Source: Mantamonas sphyraenae STR306 | Lineage: Eukaryota; Protista; CRuMs | Reading direction: 5' to 3' | DNA: 64,000 nucleotides | NCBI GenBank assembly: GCA_026936335.1 | Contig: JAPMXV010000031.1 | Coordinates: 186,001-250,000, forward strand | Part shown: piece by piece, positions 58,379 to 64,000 of the stretch | Layout: each line of letters opens with the position of its first letter | Position numbering within the stretch: position 1 is the first letter of the stretch | Notes under the pieces: model-generated | What the model was told of the DNA's origin: nothing | Seen by the model: only the letters and a program-made list of their open reading frames with translations | Databases searched by the model: none | Position numbers and translations under genes: made by a program

Positions 58379-58423
58379 GTCGTGTTTTCGCCTTTTTGTG
58401 TTGCGTGCGTGCGTGCGGGCGTA

Positions 58424-60163
58424 TCATGCTTCATTGTCATCTAGAAGTTGGTGGTGGGAGTGGGCACGTTGGTCTTGCTTCCCATGGAAGAGCGAGGCGA
58501 GGCCGCCTGCGGAGAGGCCGACGAGGCCGCCGATGAGGGTGAACCAGGGCCAGGCAATGGAGGCGCCCGCATCGGCGGCAAAGGAGTCGCGCCAATGCCA
58601 CGAGGAGCCATTAAAGACGAGACCAAACACGGCGACGGCGAGGACAACGAGGGAGGCAAGCATGCCGATGATGGCATCACGCTGGGTGGCTGCTGGGAGG
58701 AGCATGCCAAGGAGGAAGGCAGAGAGAAGGATGCCGTAGGTGAAGGTGGCAATGGACAACCCAATGACCACAACGGGTGTGTTGTCGTCGTTGAACAGGG
58801 TGCTGGCCATGACCACAAGCAGCACACAGAACAGTACGGTGAACAGTTTGGGGAAAAACAGACCCACCGATGGCGACGACAGGTCCTCCTCGTCCTCACG
58901 GGCTGGGTTGCTGTTGTTGTTGTTGCTGCCGTTGCCATCGCCGTTGCGTGGCTGTTCGTCGTGGAGAGCGACCGCTTGGTTGCGTTGACGTCCACAGGCG
59001 GGCAGGGCATCGGCCATGGCACCACAGCAGGCCTCGAGACGGTGTGCAAGCGGACTCTCATCCCAGCGGAGGAGACGCATGAGGTCAGACGTGGTGCTGG
59101 AGGCGAGGGCAGTGAGGGAGCCACTGAGGGTGGACATGGAGGAAGCGAGAATGGAGGCAATCATCAGGCCCGCCAGACCCGTGGGCATCACATTGACCAC
59201 AAACATGGGAAACACCTCATCGGCACGGGAGAGACCCAATGCAGCCGGGGTGGCGCCCTTGTAGTAAACCCAGAGCAGGGAGCCAACCCAGAGAAAGAGG
59301 GCAAACTGGGAGAGGACGAGGAAACCCGACACGACCAGTGCAATCTGGGCGTCACGAAGACGGGGACAGGACAAAAGTCGCTGAACAATGATTTGGTCGG
59401 TGCCATGGCTGGCGAGGGTGAATGCAGCTCCGCCGAGGACACCGGCAAGGAAACCATAGGGGTTGACGAGCCAGGCGCTGAAGGAGGGCGCCGAAAGCAG
59501 GGCCAAATCGACCACTTGCAGCTTGTTGGCATCCAGAAGCAATTGGGTGGCATTGGAGGGCACGAGAGATATGAGCACTCCCAAGGCAGAGACGCTGCCG
59601 GCGACATAGACGCAGATTTGAACGACGTCGGAGTAGATGACGGCGCGGACGCCACCGACAAGAGTGTAGCCAAGTGTGAGCAGGGCCACAAGGGAAATGG
59701 ATACGGAAAAGGGCAGATCCTTGAGGATGAGACCGAGCGGGATGGCGGTGGCGTAGAGGCGAACCGAATCGGCGAGGAGGCGGGTGATGATGAACAGGAG
59801 GGAGGTGAGGACACGTGTGGCGGCGCCGAAGCGGCTCTGGAGGAAGGCATAGACGGTAAAGTCGTGTCCGTTGACGTAGGCCGGCAGCATGTACAGAGCG
59901 ACGAGGGTGCGACCGACAATGTACCCAAAGGTGATTTGAAGGAAGGTCCAGGAGCCCAGGTAGGCCACGGCAGGGGTGCCCACAATGGTGAGGGTGGACG
60001 TTTCCGTGGCAGCAATGGAAAGGGACACCGCTTTCCAGGAGACCATGCTTGCGCCAACAAAGTAGTCCTTCTGGTTGCGGTTGTTGCCTCCTGCACGCAC
60101 GGCAATCCAGGTCACACCCAGCATGTACAGGACAATGATGATGGGGTCGAGCCACGTCAACAT
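58424..60163 (-). CDS. Sodium:solute symporter (SSS/SLC5), bacterial-like
   Basis: DYFVG, SIAATETSTLTIVGTP, AFLQSRFG, GGVRAVIYSDVVQ, ASHGTDQIIVQRLL, ASSMSTLSGSL, AWPWFTLIG. Intronless. Confidence 0.88.
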   Translation of the reverse strand: MLTWLDPIIIVLYMLGVTWIAVRAGGNNRNQKDYFVGASMVSWKAVSLSIAATETSTLTIVGTPAVAYLGSWTFLQITFGYIVGRTLVALYMLPAYVNGHDFTVYAFLQSRFGAATRVLTSLLFIITRLLADSVRLYATAIPLGLILKDLPFSVSISLVALLTLGYTLVGGVRAVIYSDVVQICVYVAGSVSALGVLISLVPSNATQLLLDANKLQVVDLALLSAPSFSAWLVNPYGFLAGVLGGAAFTLASHGTDQIIVQRLLSCPRLRDAQIALVVSGFLVLSQFALFLWVGSLLWVYYKGATPAALGLSRADEVFPMFVVNVMPTGLAGLMIASILASSMSTLSGSLTALASSTTSDLMRLLRWDESPLAHRLEACCGAMADALPACGRQRNQAVALHDEQPRNGDGNGSNNNNSNPAREDEEDLSSPSVGLFFPKLFTVLFCVLLVVMASTLFNDDNTPVVVIGLSIATFTYGILLSAFLLGMLLPAATQRDAIIGMLASLVVLAVAVFGLVFNGSSWHWRDSFAADAGASIAWPWFTLIGGLVGLSAGGLASLFHGKQDQRAHSHHQLLDDNEA

Positions 60164-60365
60164 GGGTTGGAACGGGGCGAGGAGGAGTGGTTGGTGTGGG
60201 AAAGGGGGAGTGGGGTGGAGGGAACGCGGGTGTGCAAAGGTGTGTTGTTCGGCTTGGTCTGCAAAGCGCAGCATCACGAGCGTTGGGTGCATGGCAAAAC
60301 GAGGGACATGGACATGGAAATGGAAGGAGATTGTAGAAGGAAGGAGGGTGATTCTAATGAGCGCT

Positions 60366-61068
60366 TTAGTTGACGAGGTTTGTCTTGAAGGCAACGCAGG
60401 CGATCTCGTTGTTGTTGGAATCCTGAAGGGACAGCTGGCCAGAGTAGGCACCGGGGGGCGTACCGGCAGGGATGAGGACGTCGTGCTTAAGGTCCTGCGC
60501 ACCGGGCTGCACGGGGCACTTGAAGGACTCCGGGTCGAACTTGCAGATGTCGCCCGTGAGGTCCAGGATCTTGACGCCAACATAGCTGATCTGGAAGTGG
60601 GCAGTGCCACCAGTAACGGTCTCGCCTGGAGGACGTAACAAAGGGGAGGGTGGCAGTGTGAGCGTCGCAACGGGGCGAAAGATGGCCCAAAAAACGGCGG
60701 CGCGTGGATGCCCGCAACAGCGGCAAAAACGGGCACGTACTCAGCTGGCCGATGACCTCGGCGGTCACCTTTTGGCCAATCACAGGCGGGTTCGGGGTCA
60801 GGTTGATCTGGGTGATGTTGAGCGAGTCCTGTGTGCGGTTGTGTGTGTGTGAGTGTGAGTGAGTTTGGTGAGCCTTGTGGCCCTCTCTCCACCAGCAACT
60901 GTTGCGCCCCTGCAGCTGAGGCAGGGAGGACAATCGGGACTGTGGCGGTTGGGCGACGCTGTTGCAAGGATCACCTACCGTGGACTTGCCGCAGTTTGTG
61001 TAGGGAAAGTCGGCCATGGTGCCGGCCACGAGGGCCAGGAGCGCGAGCAGGACAAAAGCTTTTGCCAT
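60366..61068 (-). CDS. ML-domain lipid-transfer protein (NPC2/PG-PI transfer protein)
   Basis: Signal peptide, YTNCG, INLTPNPPVIG, DIC...CPVQPG, IPAGTPPGAY, EIACV; two introns. Confidence 0.85.
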
Positions 61069-61185
61069 GGTTGGTTTTTGGGTTGTTCACGTTGGGTGCA
61101 TTGGGGCGATGGCCATCGAAGGATAGTGATTGGTGGAAGGCGGTGGAGGGTGGGGGGGGGGGGAGAGGGAGGAAGGGGCAACTGG

Positions 61186-62345
61186 ATGAGGAGGAACAAC
61201 GTGTGTGTGACGCACCTAGGTGGTGCGGGACACGGGATTTCACACACACACACACACCGCATCTGCAGATTCGCAACATCCTGGTCATGTCTGGCTCCGG
61301 GATGGTGCTGTATGCCAAAGAGTTTGTGAATGTGATCGAACAGGTGAGTGGCGTGTGTGTGTGTGGGGTTGGGAGCGGCGCAGAGGAAAAGGGCAAAGCC
61401 ATCAACCCAGAACCCAGCTGACTCTGTGTGTTTTCGCACGCTGCCACAGCCTCGCATGACGGGCAATCTGATCACAGCCATCATCTCATTCTCCATCGAC
61501 GCAGCAGGCATCCCGATTTCGTACATCGAGCTGACAAATGTGGCTGTGACGATGGTGAAGGACGCAAACACGGAAGTCACCGTGGCCCTGTTCCACGACG
61601 TTTACGACGTAAGTGCCGGACCGGTGTATCGGGAGAGAGCACAGAGAGAACAGCACGAGCAGCACCAGCACCCACACACACACATGGACACTCTGGATGA
61701 TGGTTGTGGGTTTGGAATGGAGGGAGCACGGACTGACGCACGCTGAACAGGGCCACGTGTTTGGGCATCTGCTGGCGTCGGAGATCTTGTCTGCGTTCCT
61801 GGACGAATTCAAGCGGGAGCTGAGCGCGCTGAGCACACGCGTGTACGACCGCTTCCACAACAAGATTGGGGAGGCCATCCGAAGCAGCATCCGACCTGTG
61901 CTGATCGACCTGCAGAAAACAAAGGCTGTGAAACTGGCGCTGTTTGTGACACACGACTCGCAGGCCTACTCGGGCTCTGATTCAATGGACCACCTCAGCG
62001 TGGTGGCCAACCTCCAAGCCCTGCTGTCCTTCTCCTCAGACATCATGCTGGCCAAGGACGACTCGCCAGTGACCGTCGCCCTGCGCGGTTCCAAAACACT
62101 TGTCTTTATGTATGTGCTGGAGCTCGGCACGCTTCTCGTCACCTTTCGCAAGAGCGCCAATGTCAAGAAGGCTCAGGGGAGCATCGACAACGCCGTGTCG
62201 CTGTTGGAAAAGGGTAAGCAAGGAGACTGTGGGGTGTCACGACGTGCCATGGGTGCCCTTTTTTTGCTCACACCACTCTCATGTCTGCAACACAGTGTGC
62301 AACCTCATTGGAAATCTGGACAACAGACACATGTCGTTGAGGTGA
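61186..62345 (+). CDS. Uncharacterised longin-like + Roadblock/LAMTOR-like domain protein
   Basis: Five exons (61186-61200, 61269-61343, 61450-61608, 61751-62213, 62296-62345) with in-phase GT-AG introns. IRNILVMSGSGMVLYAKEF is longin-like; VKLALFVTHD...LLVTFRKSANV is Roadblock-like. Confidence 0.6.
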
Positions 62346-62412
62346 CAGAAAGGGGGGGAGGCGTGGGGGGTTGGAACGCGGGACGAGAGGCGATCAAATG
62401 ATTTGGTTTTGT

Positions 62413-62721
62413 TCAAAATCCTGGCGCGTTGGTCTCTTCCGCCTGCGTCCATGCGCTGTGGTCCAGCTCGGCGGCCGCCTGTGCCTTCTCTTCGTGCAGG
62501 GCGAGCTCACACTCCACTCGCTGCTTCTCCTGTTCGTTGTAGGCAAAGATGGAGCTCATAAAGGGCGTATAAATCATGGTGACGTGCTTCTCCAGGGCGC
62601 GGAAATCCGCGTTCAGCTTGGCCGTCTGGGCACTCAGGTCTTCCACCAGAAAGTTGGTCTGGTGCAGGTTGGTTGCCAAGCCTCCATAGGCATCCAACAC
62701 GTCCAGCTGCAGATCGTTCAT
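62413..62721 (-). CDS. DAD3: DASH/Dam1 kinetochore complex subunit Dad3-like
   Basis: LQLDVLDAYGGLATNL...VEDLS...DFRALEKHVTMIYTPFMSSIF follows the Dad3 pattern LEQEVLDEY..LA.N...L.DL...LR.LE.K..LV.T.LK.SVY; 102 aa. Confidence 0.65.
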   Translation of the reverse strand: MNDLQLDVLDAYGGLATNLHQTNFLVEDLSAQTAKLNADFRALEKHVTMIYTPFMSSIFAYNEQEKQRVECELALHEEKAQAAAELDHSAWTQAEETNAPGF

Positions 62722-62959
62722 CGTCTCGTGGGCGTGTGTGTGTGTGTTGTGGGTTTTTGGGTTGGCTTGACGGGTGGCCGTTTGCCGTTCAAACTGCGAG
62801 TTTTGGCGCGAAAAATCGGTTTGAGGTTTTCGGGTTTGGCATGCTGCTGCATGTGGCCGTTGCTCCACACACACGGCCTCACGTACGACGACTGCATTGT
62901 GGGAAAACACAGCCATTGGGGGATCTGAATTGTGCTTGGGTGCTGCATTTCCGGTCTGC

Positions 62960-63856
62960 TCACAATGATTCGCTCTCGTTTTCCATCATGGTGGCCTCCT
63001 CGACAAGTTGGATGGCCTTGCGGATAAACTTGGTCTGTTGTGTGTCTGTGAGCGAGGTGGCACGGTTGGACGAGCGAACCAGGGCCAGGATCTGGTCGAC
63101 GACGTCCTGTTGCTGGTTGAGGAGGCCGGCACTCTCTGCTATCTCGTCGTTGAGCTGCTTCATGACAATGGGCACGACCACAGAGGCGGTCCAACGCACC
63201 ATGGCCTCCAACTCCTCGGGTTCCAGGTGCTGTTGGGCAGGCACGGTTGCGGCAAGGTCCGAGGCAATGGATTGGAGGTTGGACGAGGACAACCCAGCCA
63301 CAAGGCTGTCCGACACATCACTGCCCTTCCTCGCCAGCATCGTCGATGCGTCGTCATTGCTACGGTCCCCACTGCTTGCGCTTGCGCCGCTGTTGTTGTT
63401 GTTGTTGTTGCTGCTGCTGTTGTTGTTGGCAATGTACACCACCGAGGCAACAGAGGAGGTGGAGGATGCGGAGGAGGCTGAGGATGACGAGGAGTTGGCG
63501 CTGGAGGGCAACGAAGCACTTTCGCGGTTGCCCACCATGAGTGCTTCCATCATCTGCACAGTGGCCAGTTCGTCCAGGACCGCACGTGCCACACGTTGCA
63601 CAAGCCAGCCCTGTTGCAACCCAGCCACCTGTGGCAGGTCACTCTCGTTCTCCTGTGCCGCCAGCTGAAGCAACAGCGCATGCATATCGCCCTCCCTCTG
63701 CGCCCTCCATGCCTGAAACTCATCCAACAGAGCCTCGGCCTGTGCCACACTCGTCGTCGCCGTGTGGTTGTTGTCGTTTTGCTTCCTTCGCTCTGTGCGC
63801 ACCATCCACGCACGCACGGCTCCCTCCACACGCCTCTGCACCCACGTCACAGCCAT
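62960..63856 (-). CDS. Hypothetical helical protein with Ser/Asn low-complexity linker
   Basis: Open frame MAVTWVQRRVEG...ENESESL with coding-like composition, flanked by CA/CT-rich non-coding DNA; no family recognised. Confidence 0.55.
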   Translation of the reverse strand: MAVTWVQRRVEGAVRAWMVRTERRKQNDNNHTATTSVAQAEALLDEFQAWRAQREGDMHALLLQLAAQENESDLPQVAGLQQGWLVQRVARAVLDELATVQMMEALMVGNRESASLPSSANSSSSSASSASSTSSVASVVYIANNNSSSNNNNNNSGASASSGDRSNDDASTMLARKGSDVSDSLVAGLSSSNLQSIASDLAATVPAQQHLEPEELEAMVRWTASVVVPIVMKQLNDEIAESAGLLNQQQDVVDQILALVRSSNRATSLTDTQQTKFIRKAIQLVEEATMMENESESL

Positions 63857-64000
63857 TGATAAATACTCTGTGTCATGAAATGTGAAGGGTGAGTGTGATT
63901 GGGTGTGAGTGTGAGTGTGAGAGTGTGCCTGCGCGTGAGAGTCCATATTCTTCCAAAACGACGTTTTGCTTCTCTCTTTGTGCTCTCTCTCGCACTCTGT

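Noticed and set aside
58448-60373. 641-aa Gly/Glu-rich + strand ORF
   Set aside because: Antisense shadow of the hydrophobic SSS transporter.
1-64000. tRNA, rRNA, snRNA genes, transposons, viral inserts, alternative genetic code
   Set aside because: No recognisable structural RNA, transposase, RT or terminal-repeat signature by eye. All three stop codons end genes and conserved proteins translate normally. A covariance-model scan would be needed to exclude small RNAs.

Overview
Eukaryotic nuclear DNA from a GC-rich, very gene-dense genome. I can build about 33 protein-coding gene models, with canonical GT-AG spliceosomal introns (donors mostly GTRNGT, CTGAC/CTAAC-like branch points, CAG acceptors). 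Many intergenic gaps are only 4-100 bp, shorter than the introns. Gene content points to a heterotrophic protist that is neither animal nor fungus: TSET subunit TWD40-2/tstF, PATROL1-like Munc13, TmcB-like PAS protein, APC7, PKD2 and a Dad3-like DASH subunit. The lineage cannot be fixed from this window. Recognisable housekeeping genes include RPB1 (20 perfect YSPTSPS heptads), BiP, ER DnaJ, APEX1-like endonuclease, NSUN5, RPP20, PhLP2, CobW/ZNG1, glyoxylate reductase, uridine phosphorylase and NPC2. The most striking item is a ~2,680-aa TmcB-like multi-pass PAS sensor ending in a degenerate TauE/SafE-like transporter domain, a candidate transceptor. Other notable items: a longin-Roadblock fusion, a half-RING/U-box-GNAT fusion, a non-fungal Dad3, a spliced 67-aa microprotein, a disordered protein with six 'AKY/SKY' motifs, and four same-direction frame breaks in the first 8 kb (probably homopolymer errors). 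I found no rRNA, tRNA, CRISPR array or transposon. All family calls come from motif recognition by eye, not database searches, and exon boundaries are manual.
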